Part shown: piece by piece, positions 33,882 through 43,101 of the stretch
How positions within the stretch are numbered: position 1 is the first letter of the stretch
Layout of the letters: every line of letters begins with the position of its first letter
Assembly: GCA_016214985.1 (NCBI GenBank)
Contig: JACRMM010000063.1
Span: 5,460 to 69,459, forward strand
Source: Deltaproteobacteria bacterium
GTDB taxonomy: Bacteria; Desulfobacterota; Deferrisomatia; Deferrisomatales; JACRMM01
Direction: 5' to 3'
DNA length: 64,000 nt
The notes under the pieces: generated by a model
Told to the model about the DNA's origin: nothing
Database searches by the model: none
Seen by the model: only the letters and a program-made list of their open reading frames with translations
Program-made: the position numbers and the translations under genes

Positions 33882-34664
33882 ATGCGTCGGGTGATCGCAA
33901 TCGCCAATCACAAGGGGGGCGTGGGCAAGACCGCGACGGCGGTCAACCTGGCGGCTGCCCTGGCCGAGGCGGGGGAGGGGACGCTGGTCGTGGACCTGGA
34001 CCCCCAGGGCAGCGCCTCCTCCTGGCTGGGTGTGGAAGATGAGGGGGCTGCCGCTCTGGAGGCCTTCTCTTCCGGCGCCGCGCTCCCGGTGCGCCCCACC
34101 GGGACGGCCGGGGTCGATCTGGTGGCGAGCGGGACGGCCATGGCTTCCGCCGAGCGCCGGCTGGCCGGGGAGATCGGGGCCGAACGGCTGCTCTCGGAGT
34201 CGCTCGCCCGGACCGCCGGGCCCTGGACCTGGGTGCTGGTCGACTGCCCTCCCGGCCTGGGTCTGCTCTCCGTCAATGCGCTGGCCGCGGCGACCGGCGT
34301 GCTCGTTCCGGTGGAGGCGCACCACCTGGGCCTCCGCGGCCTCGCGGACTCCCGCCGGACCGTGGAGGCGGTGCGGCGTCGGTTGAACCCCGCCCTGGAG
34401 ATCGTCGGGGTGCTGCCCTGCCGCGCCCACGGCCGGCGCGCGTTGCATCGGGAGGTCGTCGAGCTCTTGGAGTCGTCGTTCCCGGGCCGGGTCGGGCCGG
34501 CCATCCGGGAGACCGTTGCGCTGGCCGAGGCGCCGGCCCACGGGGTGCCGGTCACCCGGTACGCGCCGCGCTCGCACGCGGCGGCCGACTATCGCCGTGC
34601 CGCCGCGTGGCTCCGGGAGAGGGTCTTGGACGGTGGTGAGTCGGCCAGAGGAGAGGAGGCATGA
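33882..34664 (+). CDS. ParA/MinD-family P-loop ATPase
   Basis: ATG 33882 with GGAGGGA SD. Deviant Walker A IANHKGGVGKTATAVNLA. VVDLDPQGSAS, VLVDCPPGLG. Confidence 0.85.
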   Translation: MRRVIAIANHKGGVGKTATAVNLAAALAEAGEGTLVVDLDPQGSASSWLGVEDEGAAALEAFSSGAALPVRPTGTAGVDLVASGTAMASAERRLAGEIGAERLLSESLARTAGPWTWVLVDCPPGLGLLSVNALAAATGVLVPVEAHHLGLRGLADSRRTVEAVRRRLNPALEIVGVLPCRAHGRRALHREVVELLESSFPGRVGPAIRETVALAEAPAHGVPVTRYAPRSHAAADYRRAAAWLRERVLDGGESARGEEA

Positions 34665-35284
34665 CGAAAAGGAAGCGGATGCCGGTGAACGTTCTCCAGG
34701 CGGGCTCCCTGCCCGAACGCCCAGATGCCGTTCTCGACGGGCTGGTGGGAGGCTCGGCCCCGGGGACGAGCGGGTCGGTGGCCCCTGCTTCGACCGGAGC
34801 GGACTCCGGGCCCCGGAGAGTGAAGGAGTGGCTGGAGACGCGGCGGCTGCAGCGTGCCGAGGCGCTCGTGCGGGCGAGGGCGGGGCTCTCACTCTTCTTA
34901 GGCCTGCTGCCCTGGGTCCCTCTAGCGCTGGCGGCGCTCGTGGGCCTCCATCTGTCGTCGCTCCGGGCGCTCGCCCAGGTGTACGACACCCGCCTGGAGG
35001 GAAGCCTCCTCCGCGGCGCGGCCGCGAGCCTGATCGCGACGGGCGGAGCCTTGCTGGCCGCCCGAGCGGGGGACTCGGTCTTCCAGGTCCTATCGATCGC
35101 CGGGTGGCTCACCCGAGCGGTCTGCCTCGGTTGTGCGGCCTCGGTGTCGACGTACCTGTTGGGACGGGTGTTCGTCAAACACTTCGAGGCGGGCGAAACG
35201 TTGCTCAGCCTGGACCCCACGGCGACCCGGGACTACTTTCGCCGCACCCTGGGCGACGCCCCGGGTCCGGACGCCCAGGTCTAG
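34661..35284 (+). CDS. Membrane protein translationally coupled to the ParA-like gene (DUF697/YcjF-like, tentative)
   Basis: ATGA overlap with the parA-like stop and GAGAGGAGG SD. Hydrophilic N-terminus, then 3-4 hydrophobic helices. LPWVPLA...LRALAQVYD resembles the DUF697 core, from memory only. Confidence 0.6.
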   Translation: MTKRKRMPVNVLQAGSLPERPDAVLDGLVGGSAPGTSGSVAPASTGADSGPRRVKEWLETRRLQRAEALVRARAGLSLFLGLLPWVPLALAALVGLHLSSLRALAQVYDTRLEGSLLRGAAASLIATGGALLAARAGDSVFQVLSIAGWLTRAVCLGCAASVSTYLLGRVFVKHFEAGETLLSLDPTATRDYFRRTLGDAPGPDAQV

Positions 35285-35513
35285 CGAGGCCCTGCCTCAG
35301 GGCGGTCGGGGCCTTCCCTCCGACGGGGCAGGATCCCCAACGGCTGCTCCCGTCGCCGACACTGGATAACGGGTCGGGGCCGGGCCGGTCTCGACGCGGG
35401 GTCTTGCGACACCCGCCTGCCCCTTCTAAGAAAGAACGCCGGCCGCTCCACGGTGGACTCTTTTCTCGAGGCGGCGGCCGCCGAAGGATTTCTGGCTGGG
35501 CGAGGCGCGCGGG

Positions 35514-37184
35514 CTAGGCCCGGGTTCTCCGCGTCGGCCCGGCGGGCCTCGCGCCGCGGCTGCGCGGGTGCGACGGGGCAGCGCGGGGTTCGGCGGCCTC
35601 CCGGATGTGGACCAGGCGTCCCCGGATCTTGGCCTTGGCCATGCGGGCGAGGACCTGGGCCCGGAATTCGACCGGCACCTCCACGAACGTGAAGTCGTCG
35701 TAAATGTCGATCGCGCCGATGGCCTTGCCGGGGACGCCGGCCTCGTTCGCGATCGCACCCACCACGTCGCCGGGGCGCACGCCGGCCTTGCTGCCGGCGG
35801 CCAGGAGGAGCCGGACCATGCCCTCTCCCGCGCGGGGTACGGCCTCGGGAACCGGTTCCAGCGTTACGTTCAGGGGGCGGTCGCCGCGGGCCAGGCGCGC
35901 CGCTGCAGCCGCCACCTCGGCCATGTCAAAGCCGCCCTCCTCGGCCACCTCCTCCACGAGCGCCAAGTAGAGATCGAGATCGCCCTCGGCGATCGTCTTG
36001 GCGATGCTCTCCTTGAACAGCGCGGTGCGTCGCGCCGCGACGTCGGCGCCCGTGGGCACCTTCATGGGCTTGAGGGGCTGGCGGGTGTATCGCTCGATCT
36101 CCTTCATCATCCGCTGCTCGCGAGGCGTCACGAAGAGCACTGCCACACCGGAGCGGCCCGCTCGGCCCGTGCGGCCGATCCGGTGGACGTAGGCCTCGAC
36201 GTCGTTGGGGATGTCGTAGTTGATCACGTGGCTGATGTGGCCCACGTCGAGGCCGCGGGCCGCCACATCGGTGGCCACCACGATGTCGGCCTGACGCGCC
36301 TTGAGGCGGCGCAGCACGGCCTCTCGCTGGCCCTGGGAGAGGTCGCCGTGCAGGGCTTCGGCCGCGTACCCTCGGGCCTCGAGCTTCTCGGCGAGCTCGG
36401 CCGCTCCGGTCTTGGTGCGCGCGAAGATGAGGACCGCGTCGCTCTCCTCGGTCTCCAGCACGCGGGTGAGGGCGTCGAGCTTGTGCCGGTCGGCCACGTT
36501 CAGGTAACGCTGCTCCGTGGTGGGCACAGTCAGGGCCCGGTGCTCGATCTCGATCGTGACCGGGTCGCGGAGATAGCGCCGCGCGATCCGCCGGATCTCC
36601 GCGGGCAAGGTCGCCGAGAACAGGGTGGTCTGTCGCTCGGTCGGCGCCTGGCCGAGGATCCACTCGACGTCCTCGAGGAACCCCATCCGGAGCATCTCGT
36701 CCGCCTCGTCCAGCACGACCATGCGAAGCGCGTCGAACCGCAGGGTTCCCCGCCGCAGGTGGTCCATGACGCGACCCGGTGTTCCCACGATGACGTGAAC
36801 GCCGCGCTCGAGGCGCTTGAGCTGCATCTGGATGGGTTGCCCGCCGTAGACGGGAAGAACGTCCACCCGCGGCAGATGGCGCGAGTAGGTGTGTACGGCT
36901 TCCGCGACCTGGAGGCTGAGCTCTCGGGTGGGCGCGAGCACCAGCGCCTGGACCTCTCGCCGGTCCAGCACGAGCCGCTGAAGCAGCGGCAAAGCGAACG
37001 CCCCCGTCTTCCCGGTACCTGTCTGGGCCTGGCCCAGAAGGTCGCGGCCGGCGAGCAGCGGTGGGATCGTGCGCGCCTGGATCGGCGTGGGTGCCTCGTA
37101 TCCCACCCCGGCGAGCGCCTGGAGAAGGGGCTCCGAGAGCCCGAGGTCTTGAAAGGTGGGCGGCCGGTCTTCCGGGTCCGACAT
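35514..37184 (-). CDS. deaD: DEAD-box ATP-dependent RNA helicase (DeaD/CsdA-like) with DbpA-type C-terminal RNA-binding domain
   Basis: Q-motif TFQDLGL...PTPIQ, AQTGTGKT, DEAD (VLDEADEM), SAT, HRIGRTGRAG. C-terminal DIYDDFTFVEVP DbpA-like domain. Start MSDPEDRPP at 37184. Confidence 0.9.
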   Translation of the reverse strand: MSDPEDRPPTFQDLGLSEPLLQALAGVGYEAPTPIQARTIPPLLAGRDLLGQAQTGTGKTGAFALPLLQRLVLDRREVQALVLAPTRELSLQVAEAVHTYSRHLPRVDVLPVYGGQPIQMQLKRLERGVHVIVGTPGRVMDHLRRGTLRFDALRMVVLDEADEMLRMGFLEDVEWILGQAPTERQTTLFSATLPAEIRRIARRYLRDPVTIEIEHRALTVPTTEQRYLNVADRHKLDALTRVLETEESDAVLIFARTKTGAAELAEKLEARGYAAEALHGDLSQGQREAVLRRLKARQADIVVATDVAARGLDVGHISHVINYDIPNDVEAYVHRIGRTGRAGRSGVAVLFVTPREQRMMKEIERYTRQPLKPMKVPTGADVAARRTALFKESIAKTIAEGDLDLYLALVEEVAEEGGFDMAEVAAAAARLARGDRPLNVTLEPVPEAVPRAGEGMVRLLLAAGSKAGVRPGDVVGAIANEAGVPGKAIGAIDIYDDFTFVEVPVEFRAQVLARMAKAKIRGRLVHIREAAEPRAAPSHPRSRGARPAGPTRRTRA

Positions 37185-37322
37185 GAGCGGGCTCCTGGGT
37201 GGGCGGTGTGGCGGAGGGAACGGAGGGAACGATACCACGAATTGCGGGGGCGCGGCTCGGGGTAGGCGGTGGAGGGGCTCCGCGACGACCGGGTGCGCGG
37301 CTGCCGGCCGCCGGTTTGTGCG

Positions 37323-38000
37323 CTATCGAGGGGAGCGGTGGCGGCGTTCCTCGGGGGCGTCCTTGGAGATCTGGACGTAGTGGGTCGTGATGATCCGGGC
37401 CACCTCGTCCGGATCGTCGCAGATCTGAAAGAGGCCCAGATCTGCGTCGTCGATGCATCCTTCGTCCAGCATCCGGCTCTTCATCCAGTCCAGGAGCCCG
37501 GCCCAGTAGTCGCTGCCCAGAAGGATGATGGGAAACCGGCGGATCTTCTCCGTCTGCACGAGAGTGAGTGCCTCGAAGAACTCGTCGAGCGTCCCGAACC
37601 CGCCGGGGCAGATGACGTACGCGATGCAGTACTTCACGAACATCAGCTTTCGAACGAAGAAGTAGCGAAATGTGAGGCTGAGGTTGTTGTAGCGGTTGGC
37701 GTGCTGCTCGTGGGGAAGGGCGATGTTGAGTCCCACGGACGTGCCCCGGCCGGCGTGGCACCCCCGGTTCGCCGCTTCCATGATCCCGGGGCCTCCTCCC
37801 GTGATGATCGCGAAGCCCGCGTCCGAGAGCGCGCGGGAGAACCGCTCGGCCGCCTGATAGTAGGGGGACTCGGGCGAGAGCCGGGCGCTACCGAAGACGG
37901 TGACCGCCGGGCCCAGATCGCTCAGGGTTTCGATGCCGTCGATCAGTTCCGACTGGATGCGGAAGATCCGCCAGGTCTCCGACGTCCTCAGGTCTTCCAT
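37323..38000 (-). CDS. LOG family protein (TIGR00730-type Rossmann fold nucleotide-binding / nucleoside 5'-monophosphate phosphoribohydrolase)
   Basis: VTVFGSAR, ITGGGPGIMEAANRG and PGGFGTLDEFFE motifs. Start MEDLRTSETW at 38000. The upstream 121 aa of the track ORF is a shadow. Confidence 0.85.
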   Translation of the reverse strand: MEDLRTSETWRIFRIQSELIDGIETLSDLGPAVTVFGSARLSPESPYYQAAERFSRALSDAGFAIITGGGPGIMEAANRGCHAGRGTSVGLNIALPHEQHANRYNNLSLTFRYFFVRKLMFVKYCIAYVICPGGFGTLDEFFEALTLVQTEKIRRFPIILLGSDYWAGLLDWMKSRMLDEGCIDDADLGLFQICDDPDEVARIITTHYVQISKDAPEERRHRSPR

Positions 38001-38047
38001 CGTGTCCTCGTCCTGTGGGAGGGTAGCGTCGGCTCGTCCGCGGCTCT

Positions 38048-38923
38048 CTATGGTTCGGGAGAAACGCCCCGGACCTTGAGGCCGGCGTCGAAGGGACGCC
38101 ATCGCCCGTCGGTACCCAGAAGCTCGCTGGGGCGGAGGCTCGCTTTGTACTCCATCTTGTGGCAACCGGCGACCCAGAACCCCGGGTAGTACCACGCCAG
38201 GCCGAGCCGGCGGCCGAGGTCGATCTCGACCGTGGCGCTGAAGATGCCGAGGCTGCGCCGCGCCTGGTCCGGAGCGAAGTAGAAGTAGACGGAACTCAAC
38301 GCCCGGGGCGTTAGGTCGCACACCCCGACGCCCACCAGGCGCCCCGTCGGATTCCGGTAACACACCTCCAGGGTCTCCCCCGGCGAACGGTAGAGGAACT
38401 CCTGCAGCTGCTCCCGGTCCGTCGACATCGTCCCGTCGTGGCGGGCGGTCAGGTATCGGACGTAGAGGTCGTGCTTCTCGTCCGAGAGGGCGGGCCGGGC
38501 CACCGTGAGCGTGAGGTCGGCATTTCGCCGCCGCACCCGCCGCTGGCTCTTCCGCGGCTCAAAGCCGACGCACGGGACCCGCAGGGCCGCGCAGGCCCGG
38601 CACCCGGGGCAGACGTTCTGGTAGAAGACGTCGCCGGACCGGCGAAACCCGGCGTCCATCAGCGCCTGGTACAGGCCTCCGGGCATCTTCTCGCACCGGA
38701 ATCCGCGGCTCACGCTGATGCGGCCCGGGAGGTACGGACACTCGTGAGGAGGAGCCGTCACGACCGGAATGCCCAGGGGCACGGGGAGGGCCGGCTCGAT
38801 GCTCCGATCGCCCCACTCCGCGCTCAGGGCTGCGCCGCCGGGCGGGTGAAGACGCAGTCGTTGTCCCTCATCGCGATGTGGCAGACGAAGCACTCCTGGG
38901 TGGGGGCCGGGACCCTGGTTCAT
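38048..38923 (-). CDS. bpt: Arginyl/leucyl-tRNA--protein transferase family (Bpt-type N-end rule aminoacyl transferase)
   Basis: CPYLPGR, RRSGDVFYQNVCPGCRAC, ATE_C-like YFYFAPD...LGIFS and WYYPGFWVAGCHKMEYK. The conserved CPYLPG lies 65 aa after ATG 38923, so the true start may be GTG 38782 or 38761. Confidence 0.8.
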   Translation of the reverse strand: MNQGPGPHPGVLRLPHRDEGQRLRLHPPGGAALSAEWGDRSIEPALPVPLGIPVVTAPPHECPYLPGRISVSRGFRCEKMPGGLYQALMDAGFRRSGDVFYQNVCPGCRACAALRVPCVGFEPRKSQRRVRRRNADLTLTVARPALSDEKHDLYVRYLTARHDGTMSTDREQLQEFLYRSPGETLEVCYRNPTGRLVGVGVCDLTPRALSSVYFYFAPDQARRSLGIFSATVEIDLGRRLGLAWYYPGFWVAGCHKMEYKASLRPSELLGTDGRWRPFDAGLKVRGVSPEP

Positions 38924-40205
38924 CAGGAACTTCAGGCCGGAGCTTTCTGCAGAGCCGGCGGCGCCGGTGCTCGAACGCCTCCCGGTCCCGTGGCGCCCAG
39001 GGGCCGCGCGCAAGCGCGTCGTCCACGACCGCGAGCGCTCCCGCCGGATCGGAGAGCCGATGCTCCAGGACTTTGGCTGCCTCCTCGTAGGCGAAGGGAT
39101 CGCCCGCCGGGCAAAGGGTGCGGAGCTCGAGCCACAGCTCCAAGGCCCGCTTCCAGCGGCCGGCCGCTTTGTGAGAGAGAGAGAGCTCGCGAAGCGCCCG
39201 AGCGCGCGCGTCGCGTGGCAGCTCCTCCCTCAGGCACGCCTCGAGCGCCTGCTCGGCCTCCTCCCGACGGCCCCGGCGGGCGTGAAGGAGTCCCACCCCC
39301 GCCCCGGTCTTCTCCGGGTGCCCCTCGGCGGCCCGGGCCGAGGCCCACAGGAGCCCGGCGAGGCTCAGCAGGTCCTGGCGGTTGTGGTCGAACACGGCAG
39401 CGAGCCGGCTGCCGGCGCCGCGCCTCAGGTAGTCGGCGTACACGGCCGGGATCTCGGCGCCCGGGATGTCGTCGGCGCGGACGTGTCCGAGCACCCCCTG
39501 CTCCAGGGTCGTCAGCCGGCAGTCCGTGTGCCGGGGTCTCCAGAGGGTTCGGGCCGGCGGGAGGAGGTCCAGGTGTCGTGCCTCCGGCGCGGGCCACGCC
39601 TTGCGGTTGAGGATGTGGCGGTTCTCCAGGAGGGGCACGTCGTAGGGTCCCCCGTTGTAGGTGACGAGGCAACGGACGCCGCGTAGCGCCTCCGCGAAGA
39701 CCTCGAGGAGCGCGGCCTCGCCGTCCAGGTCCTCTAGGAAGAGCTGGGTGATCCGCAGGCCGTCGGGGCTCCAACGGGCGACGCCGATCAAGAACGCCAC
39801 GGTCCCTGCTCCGCCGGCCAGGCCCGTGGTCTCCGTGTCGAGAAACGCCAGCTCCTCGGCCCGCTCGACGCCCGCGAGCTCCGAGGGAAACAGGCGGATC
39901 GCACCCCGGGGCAGGGCGACCAGCTCCGCCACCGGGAGCCGGCCGTGACGATGGTCCGGCGGAACGAGGGTCTCGCAGAGAAACGCCGGACCCGATGCGG
40001 CCTCGACGCGGCGGCCGTCCACGAGCGCCTCGACGGGCCTCCGGGCCCGGGCCGGTCCCCGCTGCTCGAGCTGCGCGCCGGTGAGCACGGTTCCGGCGCC
40101 GAGCAGGCGGTCGAGGCGCTGCCGCAGATCGGGAAGCCGAGAGTCCGCTCCGGGGCTCGAGGCCGGTGAGCGATCGAGCCGCTCCAGCCGCTCCCTCAGG
40201 CTCAT
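38868..40205 (-). CDS. YprB/MrfB-like RNase H-fold (DnaQ-like) exonuclease with C-terminal TPR region
   Basis: ATG 40205 overlaps the helicase stop (ATGA). LAFLDTETTGL (DEDD motif I), TYNGGPYDVPLL, VFDHNRQDLLSL. The C-terminal ~150 aa are TPR-like. The upstream 700 aa of the 1145-aa track ORF is a shadow of the helicase gene. Confidence 0.8.
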   Translation of the reverse strand: MSLRERLERLDRSPASSPGADSRLPDLRQRLDRLLGAGTVLTGAQLEQRGPARARRPVEALVDGRRVEAASGPAFLCETLVPPDHRHGRLPVAELVALPRGAIRLFPSELAGVERAEELAFLDTETTGLAGGAGTVAFLIGVARWSPDGLRITQLFLEDLDGEAALLEVFAEALRGVRCLVTYNGGPYDVPLLENRHILNRKAWPAPEARHLDLLPPARTLWRPRHTDCRLTTLEQGVLGHVRADDIPGAEIPAVYADYLRRGAGSRLAAVFDHNRQDLLSLAGLLWASARAAEGHPEKTGAGVGLLHARRGRREEAEQALEACLREELPRDARARALRELSLSHKAAGRWKRALELWLELRTLCPAGDPFAYEEAAKVLEHRLSDPAGALAVVDDALARGPWAPRDREAFEHRRRRLCRKLRPEVPDEPGSRPPPRSASSATSR

Positions 40206-42562
40206 GCGGCGGACACCACGGCAGAGAGGATCCGCAGCGCCGACGCCTTGGGGCCCCCCGAGGGCGGCACGCTCCCGGAGGGGACCGGGCCGACGCACGA
40301 GGGGCAGCCCGCCGCACAGGGGCAGCCCGCGACCAGGGAGAGGGCGTCGGCGAGCAGTGCCGCGCCCCGGAGGTGGATCCCCTCGGCGAGGCCGCTGCCC
40401 CCGGGATAGCGCTCGTAGAGGAACAGCGTGGGAGAGAAGACCTCGGAGCTCGAGTCGGGTGGTGCGCCACCGGGAGGTCCGGGGAGCGCCCGTCCCGTGG
40501 CGACGCTCCAGCGGCCCTCCCGGTCGCCGACCGCCTCGCCGAGGTCGCCCGGGTCGCACAGACAGCGAAGCGCGGCCAGGTGGTGCAGAAGGTAGGCGAT
40601 CCCGCTCAGACCTTCGAGAAAGGCGGGGGTGGGGAGCCCGAGGTCGACTTGGAGCTCTGGGCCAAACGTCCACCAGGCCGCCGTGGTGTGCATCTCTTGG
40701 TCCGGGAGGTTCACCTCCCCGTAGCCGATGTTCTCCAGGGTGTAGAAACGGATCTTCTTGTACCCCGGGACGTGCGTCACGACGTGCACCTCGCCCCACT
40801 CGGCTCGCGCCCAGGGGATCTCCTGCGTGGCGAAGGCCTCGAGAATCGTCACCTTGGAGTACGTGATGGCCTGGGTGTAGTGCTCCGCCTTCAGGCTGCG
40901 CACGTAGGCCTTGCGAGCGTCCCAATCGAGCCGGTCGACGTGGTAGGGGGCGGATTCGACCATGTAGATCGCGCCGGGATGGATCGTCGTGGGCGCGCTG
41001 TCGAAGTCCACCTCGGCGATGACCCGCGCCGGGCCCTCGGTCACGTCCACGACCGCGAAGTTGTCGGGGTCCGCGGTCCGAAGCGCGACGTGCTCGGCGG
41101 GGTAGGCGTCTTCGATCCAGTGCCAGCGGTCCCCGGCCCGGCGCACGACCCCCTTTTCGGCGAGGTACGCCAGGACCTCGTCGAGGGGTTCGGCGCCGAA
41201 GCTCTCTCCCTCCTGGAAGGGCAGCTCGAAGGCCGCGCACCGCACGTGGGAGACAAGGACGGAGAGGTTTTCGGGGTCGATCAGACCGAGCTCGGGCGCA
41301 CGGTCGAGGATCTCCTCGGGGTGAGTGACGACGTACTGATCGAGGGGGAGGCTCGAGGCGATGAGGACCGCCGCGGAGGTGCTCCGGCGGCGGCCCGCCC
41401 GGCCGGCCTGCTGCCAGGTGCTGGCCACGCTCCCCGGATATCCGACGAGCACCGACGCCTCGAGTTGCCCGATGTCGATCCCGAGCTCGAGCGCGGTGGT
41501 CGACACGACGCCCCGGATCTCCCCCGCTCGAAGGCCCGCCTCGATCTCCCGGCGCAGGTTGGGGAGGTAGCCGCCCCGATAGCCGCGCACGAGCCCCTGC
41601 GCCTCCGGGTTCTTGCCCATGGCGTCTTTCAGGTACCGGGCCAGCACCTCGACCTGGAGGCGCGAGCGGGTGAAAGCGATCGTCTGGATGCCCTCCCGGA
41701 GGAAGCGCCGAGCGACCTTTCGCGCGAGCGTCACCGGGGAACCCCGCACACCGAGGGCCGAGTCGAGGATCGGAGGGTTCAGGAAGAGCAGGTGCTTTCG
41801 TCCCCGAGGGGCACCCGATGCCGTGACCTCCACGATGTCGTCTCGCCCCGTGAGGCGGTGGGCGAGGTCCCGCGGGTTGGCGAGCGTCGCGGAGCAGAGC
41901 AGGAAGACGGGCTCCGAGCCGTGAAACGCAGCGATCCGCGACAGGCGCCGGAATACGTTGGCGACGTGGGAGCCGAAGATGCCCCGATAGACGTGCATCT
42001 CGTCGACCACGATGTAGCGGAGCCCGCCGAGGAACCGAGCCCACCGGGGGTGGTGGGGCAGGATCCCCTGGTGGAGCATGTCCGGATTCGTCAGGACGAC
42101 CTGGGCCTCCTCCCTCACCCGGCGCCGAACGTCCTGCGGCGTGTCGCCGTCGTAGGTGTAGGCGGGGATGGGGCGGGGCAGGAGCGCCGAGAGAGTCTGG
42201 AGTTCGGCGAGCTGGTCCTGTGCCAGGGCCTTGGTGGGAAACAGGTACAGGGCCCGAGCGGTCGGGTCCGAGAGCAGCGCCGAGAGCACCGGCAGGTTGT
42301 AGCACAGGGTCTTGCCCGAGGCGGTGGGAGTGACGGCCACGAAGGGCCGGCCCGCCAGGGCGAGGGCCGCGGCCTCGGACTGATGCGTGTAGGGGCGCTG
42401 GATCCCTCGAGACTTCAGGGCCTCGACGAGCGCCGGGTGGGCGCCGGCGGTGAACTCTGCGTGGGCTGCCTCCGTGGGCTCGACCACGCAGTGATGCGTC
42501 ACGCAGGAGCCGAGGTTTCGGCTCCGCAGGAGAGACTCCACGACCTGCTCGACATCGCGCAT
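40202..42562 (-). CDS. YprA/MrfA-like DEAD/DEAH-box helicase with C-terminal DUF1998 (MZB) zinc-cysteine domain
   Basis: TPTASGKT Walker A, DEMH (VVDEMHVY), SAT-like SAT, QQAGRAGRR. C-terminal GCPCAAGCPSCV four-Cys cluster. Start MRDVEQVVESL at 42562. Confidence 0.85.
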   Translation of the reverse strand: MRDVEQVVESLLRSRNLGSCVTHHCVVEPTEAAHAEFTAGAHPALVEALKSRGIQRPYTHQSEAAALALAGRPFVAVTPTASGKTLCYNLPVLSALLSDPTARALYLFPTKALAQDQLAELQTLSALLPRPIPAYTYDGDTPQDVRRRVREEAQVVLTNPDMLHQGILPHHPRWARFLGGLRYIVVDEMHVYRGIFGSHVANVFRRLSRIAAFHGSEPVFLLCSATLANPRDLAHRLTGRDDIVEVTASGAPRGRKHLLFLNPPILDSALGVRGSPVTLARKVARRFLREGIQTIAFTRSRLQVEVLARYLKDAMGKNPEAQGLVRGYRGGYLPNLRREIEAGLRAGEIRGVVSTTALELGIDIGQLEASVLVGYPGSVASTWQQAGRAGRRRSTSAAVLIASSLPLDQYVVTHPEEILDRAPELGLIDPENLSVLVSHVRCAAFELPFQEGESFGAEPLDEVLAYLAEKGVVRRAGDRWHWIEDAYPAEHVALRTADPDNFAVVDVTEGPARVIAEVDFDSAPTTIHPGAIYMVESAPYHVDRLDWDARKAYVRSLKAEHYTQAITYSKVTILEAFATQEIPWARAEWGEVHVVTHVPGYKKIRFYTLENIGYGEVNLPDQEMHTTAAWWTFGPELQVDLGLPTPAFLEGLSGIAYLLHHLAALRCLCDPGDLGEAVGDREGRWSVATGRALPGPPGGAPPDSSSEVFSPTLFLYERYPGGSGLAEGIHLRGAALLADALSLVAGCPCAAGCPSCVGPVPSGSVPPSGGPKASALRILSAVVSAA

Positions 42563-42641
42563 GGGGAGAAGATAGCAGAAGGGCGGAGCCGGGGGGAGTC
42601 GGGAGTGGGGCCTAGGGCGCACCTCGGCACCGTGGGTGCGG

Positions 42642-42980
42642 CTACACCTTGATGTCCAGGAGAAGCCCCTCCTCCCGCTCGGGCGCGGCGTCTCGGGACG
42701 GCTCCGGGTCCTTCGGCCGATGGTCCTGCGGGTGTCTTCCGCCCTGGCCCTGTCGTTGCCGGTCGTCCAGGCGTGCCTGGGCTGCCGCGCCCGCGTCGGG
42801 GACGTCCTCCCGGACCTCCTCGAGGTGCCGCGCGGCCGCGCGGGCAGCGAGGCGCTCGGCCAACGCCCTCTGCTCGGGATCGAGGCGGCGGAACTCGTCG
42901 AGGCCTCGCGTGAGCCCAGCCAGATCCATCATCCGGACGCTGTCGGACATGAAAGCCTCCTCGAGAGCGACCGTGCTCAC
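42642..42980 (-). CDS. Hypothetical acidic/Arg-rich protein (112 aa), possibly the first gene of the mrfA-like operon
   Basis: GC3-rich codon pattern. Ends 80 nt upstream of the helicase start. Lies downstream of the sigma-factor terminator. No family recognised. Confidence 0.35.
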   Translation of the reverse strand: MSTVALEEAFMSDSVRMMDLAGLTRGLDEFRRLDPEQRALAERLAARAAARHLEEVREDVPDAGAAAQARLDDRQRQGQGGRHPQDHRPKDPEPSRDAAPEREEGLLLDIKV

Positions 42981-43039
42981 GATACCCTTCGGTTCTGAGA
43001 GCCCGAAACTTGAGAAGCGGCCTCAATTCGTGAGCGCCG

Positions 43040-43075
43040 AAAACGAACGAGGGGCCCCGGGGGGCCCCTCGTTCG
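43040..43075 (-). terminator. Rho-independent terminator of the sigma-factor gene
   Basis: Perfect 15-bp stem CGAACGAGGGGCCCC / GGGGCCCCTCGTTCG (43044-43058 / 43061-43075) with loop GG. On the minus strand it is followed by UUUU (43040-43043). 27 nt after the sigma stop. Confidence 0.75.
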
Positions 43076-43101
43076 GTGCGGCGTGCCGCAAAGGGGCTGG
43101 G

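Noticed and set aside
35568-37761. Long ORFs 35568-37265 (+) and 35926-37761 (-) overlapping deaD
   Set aside because: Antisense or out-of-frame shadows of the DEAD-box helicase gene. Low-complexity Arg/Gly/Pro composition and no motifs.
40206-42305. N-terminal 700 aa of the 1145-aa minus-strand ORF 38868-42305
   Set aside because: Pro/Arg/Gly-rich sequence with no motifs, lying out of frame over the well-supported helicase gene. The real exonuclease gene begins at ATG 40205, which overlaps the helicase stop.
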